Positions 8,758 through 19,114 of a DNA stretch of 32,000 nucleotides are shown one piece after another. The position numbers were made by a program, and so were the translations under genes. The notes under the pieces are model-generated. The model saw nothing but the letters and a program-made list of their open reading frames with translations. It made no database searches and was not told the DNA's origin. Numbering within the stretch: the first letter of the stretch is position 1; the number at the start of each line of letters is the position of its first letter. The stretch comes from Cylindrospermopsis raciborskii Cr2010. GTDB taxonomy: Bacteria; Cyanobacteriota; Cyanobacteriia; Cyanobacteriales; Nostocaceae. The stretch lies in assembly GCF_003367075.2 (NCBI RefSeq), contig NZ_CP065936.1, positions 1,920,001 through 1,952,000 on the forward strand. The letters are read 5' to 3'.

Positions 8758-10170
8758 ATGAAAGCCAAATTTATTTTAAACTCACTCAAATCAGATCGAA
8801 GGGAATTAGACGTCAGTTTTCTCGTGGTTTCTGGGATTGGCTTAGTAATCACCCTAGCCATCTACGGTCTGCTATTTCCGATCAAAAATACTTTTATTGG
8901 GATTTTATTGTATGAGAGGGGATTCACTCAAATTCTCACGATTGCCTTTGCCGGAATTGTAGCGGCTTTAACCCTGCTAAAATTTTTTAAGCTTCAAAAA
9001 CAATCGCGAACTTTGGGGGAAGAACTAATTCCATCTGACATATCCCTTGACGATCCAACTAGCGATCAGGTCATCAATCTTCAACAGAATCTAGCTCAAG
9101 AGAAGAATGTATTAGCCCGTCGTTGTAGTCGGCTACTAGCCGTGTATATTAACTCTGGTAATCGTCAAATTGCTAACGAATTTTCTTTGGAAGATTCCGC
9201 TTTTTACCATAGTGCCTCCGAGTCTTCCTATACCATTCCGAAGATTTTAGTTTGGGCAATTCCCCTATTGGGATTTATCGGCACGGTGTTCGGTATTAGT
9301 GCTTCCGTGGGGGGATTTACAGGGTTTCTGGAAAATGCCGGCGATATCGACCAAATTAAACAGGGTATCGGTACTGTGACACAAGGATTAGCGATTGCAT
9401 TTGATACTACTCTTTTGGCTTTATTTATGAGCGTATTGGTGATGTTGCCCTTAGTGATGGTCGAACGTTTAGAATCCCGTCTGCTACTGGCGATCGATAT
9501 CTACATCAACGATAAGGTATTACCACGATTAAAAGATACAAGTAAAGGGAGCGAGACCATTAGCGAAGAAATGGTCGAACAAGCAGTAATAAAAGCTGTT
9601 CAACAAAACTTCCTTGCTCCTGAAACTTTAATCGAACCAGCCAAACATTATGCAGAACAAGCGGCGGTAGCATTAGCAAAAGGGTTCACTCAAGAAGTAC
9701 ACAGCATACAAGAAGCCATTACTCAAACAGTTCAAGAAATTCAAACTGTAAGGGAGAGGGTAACTAGAGAAAGTCAGGATTTTTCGACCTTTCTTGGTGA
9801 CCAGATAAAACTACAGCAAGGGCTAGTAAATCAGATTCAAACAACTGTCCAGGAGATTCATCGAAATCATCTAGCTGTGTCCGATGGATTTAGAGAACAA
9901 GCTCTAGTAGTTGGTTATAAACTGGAGGCAGCGGCGCAAGCCTTAGAACAAAGAATAAGCAGTTTAGAGAAATACGCGACCCAAATCAGTGAGATTGATA
10001 ATTTGCAGCGTAGTTTAGACAATAATCTCCGTAATCTCAAAGAAAAAGCCGTTTTGGAAGGAGTTTTAGGGGAAATTCAGACTAGCTTGGAGCGGTTAAG
10101 ACCAACGTTAGACCAACTGAATAAGCCGCGCCGGATTCTACTTTTAGAACAAGAAGATCAAAGAACTTAA
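8758..10170 (+). CDS. MotA/TolQ/ExbB proton-channel family protein with long coiled-coil C-terminal tail (ZorA-like architecture)
   Basis: Predicted TMs VSFLVVSGIGLVITLAIYGLL, ILTIAFAGIVAALTLL, IPKILVWAIPLLGFIGTVFGIS, LAIAFDTTLLALFMSVLVMLPL; GFIGTVFGIS and GLAIAFDTTLLAL are family motifs. The ORF track begins at TTG 8752; ATG 8758 is the likelier start. Confidence 0.85.
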   Translation: MKAKFILNSLKSDRRELDVSFLVVSGIGLVITLAIYGLLFPIKNTFIGILLYERGFTQILTIAFAGIVAALTLLKFFKLQKQSRTLGEELIPSDISLDDPTSDQVINLQQNLAQEKNVLARRCSRLLAVYINSGNRQIANEFSLEDSAFYHSASESSYTIPKILVWAIPLLGFIGTVFGISASVGGFTGFLENAGDIDQIKQGIGTVTQGLAIAFDTTLLALFMSVLVMLPLVMVERLESRLLLAIDIYINDKVLPRLKDTSKGSETISEEMVEQAVIKAVQQNFLAPETLIEPAKHYAEQAAVALAKGFTQEVHSIQEAITQTVQEIQTVRERVTRESQDFSTFLGDQIKLQQGLVNQIQTTVQEIHRNHLAVSDGFREQALVVGYKLEAAAQALEQRISSLEKYATQISEIDNLQRSLDNNLRNLKEKAVLEGVLGEIQTSLERLRPTLDQLNKPRRILLLEQEDQRT

Positions 10171-10173
10171 ATT

Positions 10174-10635
10174 ATGCCTAGAGCGATCCGTAGCCGACAG
10201 TCTATACAGATAGATTTATTTCCATTTTTATCGATTCTAGCCTGTACGATTGGCAGTCTTATTCTCTTAATTATAGTGCTTACTTCCGAGATTATCGGCA
10301 GCCAAAAGCAAGTAACAATTGTAGCTAAGAGTGATAATGGTTTAAATCGATCAAAACAGCCCCGTTATATCGAGTGTAAAGCCGATGGTGTAATTTTGCA
10401 TCCCGACCAAGTTTTGGTACCTTCCTCTGGTTTAGAAAGTCAGTTCTCACCACTCGGAATATTACTAAAGAAAATCGATCCCGGTCAAGAATATCTAATC
10501 GTCGTGGTCAGATCCGACGGCATCGATACCTTTAGAAGAGTCAGAAGTTTGATTGAGGGTAGGGGAATAGATATTGGTTATGAGCCTTTGGATAAAGATT
10601 GGAAGTTAAATATAAAATCAGAAATAAAAAACTGA
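10174..10635 (+). CDS. ExbD/TolR-like single-TM protein (first rod-like subunit)
   Basis: IQIDLFPFLSILACTIGSLILLIIVL near the N-terminus; C-terminal DPGQEYLIVVVRSDGIDTFRRVRSLIEGRGIDIGYEPLDKDW; 3 bp after the upstream gene. Confidence 0.75.
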   Translation: MPRAIRSRQSIQIDLFPFLSILACTIGSLILLIIVLTSEIIGSQKQVTIVAKSDNGLNRSKQPRYIECKADGVILHPDQVLVPSSGLESQFSPLGILLKKIDPGQEYLIVVVRSDGIDTFRRVRSLIEGRGIDIGYEPLDKDWKLNIKSEIKN

Positions 10636-10647
10636 CTGGACAAATAA

Positions 10648-11358
10648 ATGAGAAAACTAAGAAAGTACAATCATTCAAGTTTATCTGCAGGTAATCTAGA
10701 TTCGTTCCTTGACATCATGACCAATACGGTAGGTGTTCTCATGTTTGTCAGTTTATTTATAACTCTGGTAGCCGTGCAGTCAGGAACCACGATCCGAACT
10801 CCTCTAGTCTCTCAAACCGAAAAAAGTCCTCATCTTTTTGAGGTGGTAGATAACCACGTTAGTTATCTAGATACCGAGGAGATTTCTCGACAAATTAAGG
10901 ATTTTGTTAAAACCTTACCTACCTGTACAGAACCTATAGAGTCTTATTCCTACGGACTGGATCAATTAACGGTATACATAGAAGAACTGCGCCAATATAA
11001 AAGCTGTCTTGATGAAAAAGTCAGCAGATTTAGGGAATTTAGACCGCAAACAGAATCTTATCAAGTTCAATTAGTAGATATTGAATCATTTTCATGGCAG
11101 TACCAAAAACTTAACAAAAATATAGGAACATCTAACGAGCAGTTATCAGAAGCTGATTCTCAGTTTAAGGAAATTATAAGTCGCCTCGATCCCGAAAAAG
11201 ATTATATCGCTTTTATTGTCAAACCAGATAGTTTTTCTACTTACAGAAAGGCGAGAGAAATCGCTTGGAAAAAGGGATTTAATGTCGGTTGGGAGCCTCA
11301 AAAACTAGAGCAATTTATTATTCTTGGATCATCGGGTAGAAGTATCGGTATTCAGTAG
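10648..11358 (+). CDS. ExbD/TolR-like single-TM protein (second rod-like subunit)
   Basis: NLDSFLDIMTNTVGVLMFVSLFITLVAV near the N-terminus; C-terminal DPEKDYIAFIVKPDSFSTYRKAREIAWKKGFNVGWEPQ; 12 bp after the upstream gene. Confidence 0.75.
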   Translation: MRKLRKYNHSSLSAGNLDSFLDIMTNTVGVLMFVSLFITLVAVQSGTTIRTPLVSQTEKSPHLFEVVDNHVSYLDTEEISRQIKDFVKTLPTCTEPIESYSYGLDQLTVYIEELRQYKSCLDEKVSRFREFRPQTESYQVQLVDIESFSWQYQKLNKNIGTSNEQLSEADSQFKEIISRLDPEKDYIAFIVKPDSFSTYRKAREIAWKKGFNVGWEPQKLEQFIILGSSGRSIGIQ

Positions 11359-11474
11359 CCTCCCCTACGAAAACCAATTTCTATCAAGTGATAAATAGCA
11401 TCTTCTCAAGGGATAAGTTACTATTTCCTACATGATTTAATGTTTCCCAATATAGTGGTAAAGCATGAGTACCC

Positions 11475-11840
11475 TTAAATTTCTTCATCAATCTCTGATT
11501 CTAATACGCACATTTTCAGAAGATCGGTTTCCCCAATTCGGGAATCAAAAACCCAACGGGCTTTCTTATCGTTATTATTGATAGTAAAAGTGATTAACTC
11601 TTGCTCTGCACGGTTAAAAAGAGCATCTCTTGCTGTACCTATGGAAACCAACTCGCCATTTAATGCCAATCCGTCACGGTTTAGCAGGTTCTGTTGATAT
11701 GATTGGCGCAGTAATAACAAGGATTGAAGCAAAGAGGATTTACCGGTGCTGTTTAATCCAGAAAGTAATGTTAGTGGTCTCAGGACAAAAGATTGATTTT
11801 CAAATGGCTTAAAATTTTCTAAGTTTAAGCTATTTAACAT
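11475..11840 (-). pseudogene. Truncated AAA/SMC-like ATPase, N-terminal 121 aa only
   Basis: LNLENFKPFENQSFVLRPLTLLSGLNSTGKSSLLQSLLLLRQSY has a Walker A typical of AAA_15/DUF3696-type ATPases; no Walker B or C-terminal region follows. Confidence 0.75.
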
Positions 11841-12979
11841 GATAAAATCTCCCGAACTATTTGGTTAATTTGCTCAAACCTATATATAACCTGATCACTG
11901 GCTTGAGAAATGGATTTCTCAAAGTTGGCATCTGTTTCAATTTTTTTCATAAATGTTTTATTTAACAAGTCTTTATAATTTATCAATTTATCAATTTGCC
12001 CCGGTGTTAACCTACTCAAAATAACTGACCATGCTTCAAACAGAGATTTATTAACAGGGAACCTTGTTTTGCCATTTTTGGGAGGTTTACGGAAAGCGTT
12101 ACTGCTAAAAATGCTATCTGCTGCTCTCATGGATTTAATGAAGTCTCGTTTCATATCCTTGAGCCTAGTATCCTCTAAATTATTTAACTTCGACATGGCA
12201 CTATTTAAAAACTCATTTCTTCCTTGAGTATAATCATGATAATCTATCAACCAAAATGCAATAAAACCTATAATATATTCATGATCGTCCATTCTTTTCC
12301 TTCTTTTTTCACTGATGTTTATCAACTTCTTAAACTCTGCTAATTCTGAAAACTCCTTCAGAATCCTCAAGGACTTTCCAGGGTACATAGCTTGACGCAG
12401 CTCCTGGTTATTCAGTGATACACCACCAGTATTAATTCTTTGAAAAATATTATATTTTACTTCCGGGGGAGTTCCGGACTCAACTAAGCAGACTATTAAC
12501 TCTGTTTCTTCTATCCTTCTTTGGTGATGACGAGACAATTCATCATATTTTTTGTGTTCTAAATCCCTCAGAAATTGTAAATCAGTTAATCTCAGTTCCT
12601 GGTCAAGAATGAATTTTTTAAATGTATTAATTCTTTGAATACCATCTATCACTAACCACTTATCATCAGTAGTTGCATCCACATAAAATGCTGGAAGTGG
12701 AATCCCAATTAAAACAGATTCAATTAAACGACTCTTATTTTTGTCATTCCAAATGTCGGCATGACGTTGAAAATCAGGGGCTAAATCAATTTCGTCATGC
12801 TGAATTCTTTTTAGCAATATATCTATTGACATCATCTTAGTCTTGATCCTAATTTTTGTAGGATCAAACGGTTCTAGGTTTTCAATCTCATCCTCTTCAA
12901 CATCTTCATCACTGTCATCATATATCTCCCTAATTGGCAGTTCCATTTGTTGAGTGTTAATACCCTTAGTAATTGTCAT
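11834..12979 (-). CDS. DUF262-domain protein (ParB/GmrSD-N-like)
   Basis: LAPDFQRHADIWNDKNKSRLIESVLIGIPLPAFYVDATTDDKWLVIDGIQRINTF...FQRINTGGVSLNNQELRQA. Confidence 0.9.
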   Translation of the reverse strand: MTITKGINTQQMELPIREIYDDSDEDVEEDEIENLEPFDPTKIRIKTKMMSIDILLKRIQHDEIDLAPDFQRHADIWNDKNKSRLIESVLIGIPLPAFYVDATTDDKWLVIDGIQRINTFKKFILDQELRLTDLQFLRDLEHKKYDELSRHHQRRIEETELIVCLVESGTPPEVKYNIFQRINTGGVSLNNQELRQAMYPGKSLRILKEFSELAEFKKLINISEKRRKRMDDHEYIIGFIAFWLIDYHDYTQGRNEFLNSAMSKLNNLEDTRLKDMKRDFIKSMRAADSIFSSNAFRKPPKNGKTRFPVNKSLFEAWSVILSRLTPGQIDKLINYKDLLNKTFMKKIETDANFEKSISQASDQVIYRFEQINQIVREILSC

Positions 12980-12984
12980 AAATT

Positions 12985-13019
12985 GACGCTCCCATCGCTA
13001 AAAGCGAGGGATTCCCTGT
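12985..13019 (-). ncRNA. Possible IS605-type right-end / omega-RNA 3' portion
   Basis: Minus strand gaatccctcgcttttagcgatgggagcgtc lies immediately 3' of a tnpB remnant and can form a short hairpin. Confidence 0.35.
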
Positions 13020-13523
13020 TCATCCAGTTACCTTATCTAGGAGGCTTTCACCTAATAGACAGTGGGTAGTCTGTCCGAGGGCTTGAATTTCTGTCCGCCC
13101 GACAGTATTTGCTTTTTGAAGTATGTTTTTAGCGGCGTTTTCATCCCTATCCAAAACACAACCACAAGAACAAATATGTGTTCTTACAGACAACGTTTTC
13201 TTAACAATATTGCCACAAATAGAACATTGCTGGCTAGTATATTGTGGGTTTACCGCTATTACAAACTTCCCGTGTATTTTCCCAAAGTAGTCTAACCAAT
13301 CGGTGAACATTGACCAACTTGCGTCATTAATAGACTTAGCAAGTTTTCTATTTTTCACCATATTAAAAACCTTCAAGTCTTCATAAACTACCAAATCGTT
13401 AGATTGGATTAACGCTTTTGCTGTCTTTACAACAAAATCTTTACGTTGTCTGGAGACTTTTAAATGAAGACGGGCTACTTTTGACTTTTGTTTTTGACGC
13501 TTGTTGCTCCCCTTTTTCTTTAA
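13020..13523 (-). pseudogene. tnpB: C-terminal part of an IS200/IS605-family TnpB
   Basis: Open frame KKKGSNKRQKQKSKVARLHLKVSRQRKDFVVKTAKALIQSNDLVVYEDLKVFNMVKN...CSICGNIVKKTLSVRTHICSCGCVLDRDENAAKNIL; 5' part is frameshifted. Confidence 0.85.
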
Positions 13524-13724
13524 AGTCTAAGGCATTTATTCCGAATAAACTGCCCTGTTCTAATAGCTTCCAGGATAGCTACTTGTTGCCTTTGTGTCGC
13601 TTTGATTTTAAACTCTATGACTCGCATTGAACCGACATCTCAATGTGTTACATTATAATTATATCATCTCATCGGTAAAACCGAGAGCCTTCAAGCAGAC
13701 ATTTTAGGTAAAAAGAATTCCAAT

Positions 13725-14618
13725 TTACCAATTTCTCCACCCACCCTGGGTTTGATCTCGATTTTCCAAACCCTTATTTCCCAGGAGATTATGGTACTCA
13801 ACACTGCTAGACCATCGATCAATTTCCCTGGCCCGCAGAACAGGTACAGGATGACTTAACTGAGCTGTGTGAGCATCTTTAACCATCATACCCAATTCAG
13901 TTTTGCTTATTGCATCATAAGCACGAGCTTGGGCAACAAAAGCATCCAGATTTAATCGGGGTGCTAGGGTTGGTGAACCACCAGCTAGTTTCATTAATAC
14001 TGACATTACCACTTTCGGATTTTGAGTCGCTAATAATGCAGCGCGATCGCAAGTGAATTCAGCACAGCGTACCCATTCTAATAACTGGTTTTGTAGTGAC
14101 TGAGCTAAAACAACGCCAATGTTGGGTAAAATAGAAGTGGCTAATATTAACAGGTTGGCTGGTGTTAGATAAACACTGTGGTCACATTTAAGGTGTCCGA
14201 GTTCGTGACCAATTACGGCTTGTATTTCCTCTGGTGTGAGCATATCAACCAGGGAAGTGTGTAATACTATAAAAGGTTTTTTACCCCGCATGGCAAAAGT
14301 ATAAGCATTGGGACTAGGATGCTGACGGATATATAATTGTGGTAGCTCAATATCCAAATTCTTACAAGCATCTATTAATAGATAATGTAAATCAGGTAGT
14401 TGTTTTTCGCTCACCAAAATACTGGAGGCTATATTTTCTGCATAAAATACCTGTTCAGCAACTGGGCCAAGCAAATTTCTGACCATAATATCTATTCCTG
14501 GAATTTGCCGAAGAGTTTTTGTTGCTTCCAAGTCTAAAGGGTGACGGAAAGAGTCTGCTTTTAAACCAATAAGTGGTTTTTTTGCTATTGCTTGTACTGG
14601 TGTTTTAACTAAAGACAT
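13725..14618 (-). CDS. M48-family metallopeptidase
   Basis: HEXXH motif in TPEEIQAVIGHELGHLKCDHS. Confidence 0.9.
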   Translation of the reverse strand: MSLVKTPVQAIAKKPLIGLKADSFRHPLDLEATKTLRQIPGIDIMVRNLLGPVAEQVFYAENIASSILVSEKQLPDLHYLLIDACKNLDIELPQLYIRQHPSPNAYTFAMRGKKPFIVLHTSLVDMLTPEEIQAVIGHELGHLKCDHSVYLTPANLLILATSILPNIGVVLAQSLQNQLLEWVRCAEFTCDRAALLATQNPKVVMSVLMKLAGGSPTLAPRLNLDAFVAQARAYDAISKTELGMMVKDAHTAQLSHPVPVLRAREIDRWSSSVEYHNLLGNKGLENRDQTQGGWRNW

Positions 14619-14633
14619 AGATAGAAAAGAAAA

Positions 14634-15524
14634 TTAACTATTATTAATTTTAGGTACTTCTAAAACTATAGCACCCAGAAGTCCCTTGCGAAAATCACTA
14701 ATGATAGTCCTAGCAGTACGTTCCACATCTCCTTGATAACGACTTGCTGCTAACACCTCTAAATATGCTTCTCCTGTATGAATAATAGAATCAACACCAT
14801 AGCGAGAAAGTAGTGGATGGGGTGGTAATAGATGGGGGGAAGTTTCTTGAAACTGATTGACCATATCCACAAAAGCAGCTGCTATTAATTGATTATCGTA
14901 GGATGCTTCTCCAATATCATCACAGATGGCTAATTTCACTGCTGCTTGTTGATCTTCTAATCGAGAAGGAATAATTCCCGGTGCGTCTAACAACTCTAAA
15001 TGTTCAGAAATTTTCACCCAGCGCAATTGACGGGTGACACCCGGACGAGCAGCACTTTCCACAACTCTTTTCCCTAACAACCGATTAATCAGTGCGGATT
15101 TTCCCACATTGGGAAAACCAATCACTACTGCACGCACGGGACGAGGTAACATCCCCCTTTGTTTTCTCCTTTCATTCAGTTCTGTTCCTGCTATTTGTGC
15201 TGCTTTAGCTATGGCTGTAATTCCTTGACCTTGTTGAGCATTGGCAAAATAGGGCACTTCTCCTTGTTTTTTAAGCCATTCTGACCACATTGATTTCACT
15301 TGGGGCAAAATCATGTCTAGTCGGTTAATCACTAGCACCCGTGATTTATTACCTATCCATTCTTTAACTTGGGGATGGTGTGTAGATAAGGGAATACGTG
15401 CATCCCTAACTTCTAATATCACGTCTACCCTTTTTAATTGCTCTTTAAGATTTTTTTCCGCCTTAGCAATATGACCAGGATACCATTGGATGATATTTAA
15501 TTTGTAGTTTTGTGTTATGGACAT
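14634..15524 (-). CDS. ylqF: Ribosome biogenesis GTPase YlqF/RbgA family (circularly permuted GTPase)
   Basis: IQWYPGHIAKAEKNLKEQLKRVDVILEVRDARIP...GFPNVGKSALINRL...DAPGII. Confidence 0.93.
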   Translation of the reverse strand: MSITQNYKLNIIQWYPGHIAKAEKNLKEQLKRVDVILEVRDARIPLSTHHPQVKEWIGNKSRVLVINRLDMILPQVKSMWSEWLKKQGEVPYFANAQQGQGITAIAKAAQIAGTELNERRKQRGMLPRPVRAVVIGFPNVGKSALINRLLGKRVVESAARPGVTRQLRWVKISEHLELLDAPGIIPSRLEDQQAAVKLAICDDIGEASYDNQLIAAAFVDMVNQFQETSPHLLPPHPLLSRYGVDSIIHTGEAYLEVLAASRYQGDVERTARTIISDFRKGLLGAIVLEVPKINNS

Positions 15525-15901
15525 TGTTTATCAATATTGCTACTGCTGTACAAAATTAAACGATTACCATCTGGATCCTGGGCATAAATCTCCTGACCAT
15601 GGGAAGTTATGGAAATCTCTCCCGTGGGAGGATAACCTAGAGATTTCAGATCAGAAATGGCATTTTCTAGGTTGCTCACCTCTATACATAAACTTAGCGG
15701 ATTTTTGCCATGAACTACAAATTCTGATTCATGATCTTTTTGCGGTCTGAAAATACTTAATCTCAGATGGTCAACTTGCCACTCAACATAAACACTAGCT
15801 ATAAATTTGGTTGGTGGGCTTTCTAGTAACTGCATATAAAAGTTGACTAACTGATCAAAATTTACCGTACCTATCGTTACTAGTATATAGTTATATTTCA
15901 T
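15515..15901 (-). CDS. VOC/glyoxalase-fold protein
   Basis: NFDQLVNFYMQLL...FRPQ...GHEIYAQDPDGNRLILY. Confidence 0.8.
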   Translation of the reverse strand: MKYNYILVTIGTVNFDQLVNFYMQLLESPPTKFIASVYVEWQVDHLRLSIFRPQKDHESEFVVHGKNPLSLCIEVSNLENAISDLKSLGYPPTGEISITSHGQEIYAQDPDGNRLILYSSSNIDKQCP

Positions 15902-15903
15902 CT

Positions 15904-16464
15904 ATGTTGAATGTTGTCGTTTTTCTACTATATATGAACTGGATGAACTTGCCAAATACTATTACCTTGTCTAGACTATTGGGCATACCGTTTTTGCTGT
16001 ATGGGCTATATATTCCCACCCAGGGTGCTAGATGGATATGCTTAATTATATTTTTAATAGCAGCACTAACAGATTGGTTAGATGGATATCTGGCCAGAAA
16101 ACTGAACCAAGTTACGGATTTGGGCAAATTCCTGGATCCATTGGTGGATAAGTTATTAGTTCTAGCACCGTTCTTAGTATTTGTAGAACTGGGTAAAATT
16201 CCCGGTTGGGGAGTATTCATCATCTTAGCAAGAGAATTAGCTATAGCAGGTTGGCGAGTTAATCAAACCACAATTAGCGGAGCTAATATTTGGGGAAAAT
16301 TAAAAACCATCACCCAAATTCTATCCATAGCTCTACTGATTGCACCATTACCCATAACTTGGCAAATCTATGCTAAATCTGCCTTCTGGCTATCTGTACT
16401 TTTAACGGTGATTTCTGGACTAATTTATTTGTTACCAGTGTTAACACCCAAGGATGGAAACTGA
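15904..16464 (+). CDS. pgsA: CDP-diacylglycerol--glycerol-3-phosphate 3-phosphatidyltransferase
   Basis: CDP-alcohol phosphotransferase signature DWLDGYLARKLNQVTDLGKFLDPLVDK; start may be further downstream at MNLPNTITLSRLL. Confidence 0.9.
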   Translation: MLNVVVFLLYMNWMNLPNTITLSRLLGIPFLLYGLYIPTQGARWICLIIFLIAALTDWLDGYLARKLNQVTDLGKFLDPLVDKLLVLAPFLVFVELGKIPGWGVFIILARELAIAGWRVNQTTISGANIWGKLKTITQILSIALLIAPLPITWQIYAKSAFWLSVLLTVISGLIYLLPVLTPKDGN

Positions 16465-16485
16465 ATATTTTTGAGGCGCAACTTC

Positions 16486-18071
<1,586 letters not shown>

Positions 18072-18281
18072 AGGGAAATAGGGATTGAGGAAGGGTAAGA
18101 ATTAGCAATTGGCAATCACACAAAATGTGATTCTTTGGTTGCATGTCTGACCTTTTTACCAGACAACAACCTATACCTCCAAAATATCAACTTTATATGC
18201 TAATCGTCCATCTATATCTCTTGATTCTCTCCCCTGTTTTTTGTTAAGTTTTAATGCCTTATCTAAAGATTTCTTTTTAAA

Positions 18282-19067
18282 ATGGCAATTCTTGAGCAAG
18301 TTTGGCAATTTTGTCAGCGACAATTTTTATGTGTGATTGCATCTGTTTTGTTTTACACTTCCATCCCACTCCCCCATCTTCCAGGCCTGAAATTCCAAAG
18401 GGTAGCCCTTTTTGCTCCTGCTATAGGTTTGCTAATTGGTGCTATTTTGGGTCTTTTGGATATGCTGTTTGATTATTTAGGAATATCAGCATTAACACAA
18501 AGTGTTTTGATAGTCATTATTTGGATAGGGATCACAGGAGGTCTACATCTAGATGGTGCTATGGATACTGCTGATGGTTTAGCAGTGACTGATCCCCAAA
18601 GAAGATTAGAAGTCATGACCGATAGTGCTACGGGTGCTTTTGGTGTCATGGCAGCTCTGGCTATTTTACTGATGAAAATGGCTGCTTTGACGGATATTTC
18701 CCAAAATCGCTTTTTTCTTCTAATGGTTGCTTGTGGTTGGGGAAGATGGGGACAGCAATTGGCTATTTTCCAATATCCCTATCTGAAATCTACTGGTAAG
18801 GGAGCATTTCATAAACAGGCCATTCGTCATCAGATGGATTTATTGCCTAGTTGGGTTTTGCTTTTGGGTTTTAACTTGCTCACTTTGGCTTTTAACCAAG
18901 GTAACTTTGTTTTGGTTCTATTTACCCTAATTATTGGCAATATTATCTCCTTTATTGTTCCCGCATGGTTTAACCATAAACTGGGTGGACATACCGGTGA
19001 CACTTATGGTGCAGTGGTTGAATGGACTGAAGCTCTCTTCCTATGCTGTATGAGTAGTTTGACATAG
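18282..19067 (+). CDS. cobS: Adenosylcobinamide-GDP ribazoletransferase
   Basis: [14 protein letters not shown] and multi-TM topology; C-terminal [20 protein letters not shown]. Confidence 0.93.
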   Translation: MAILEQVWQFCQRQFLCVIASVLFYTSIPLPHLPGLKFQRVALFAPAIGLLIGAILGLLDMLFDYLGISALTQSVLIVIIWIGITGGLHLDGAMDTADGLAVTDPQRRLEVMTDSATGAFGVMAALAILLMKMAALTDISQNRFFLLMVACGWGRWGQQLAIFQYPYLKSTGKGAFHKQAIRHQMDLLPSWVLLLGFNLLTLAFNQGNFVLVLFTLIIGNIISFIVPAWFNHKLGGHTGDTYGAVVEWTEALFLCCMSSLT

Positions 19068-19114
19068 GTAAGGTAGGGGATTATTAGACATCCCCCAGCC
19101 CTAAACCACATATA

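Noticed and set aside
8758-11358. Canonical Zorya, Tol-Pal, TonB or flagellar stator operon
   Set aside because: No ZorC/ZorD/ZorE-like helicase or nuclease, TolA/TonB/Pal or MotB-OmpA domain was recognised, and there are two different ExbD-like genes instead of one.
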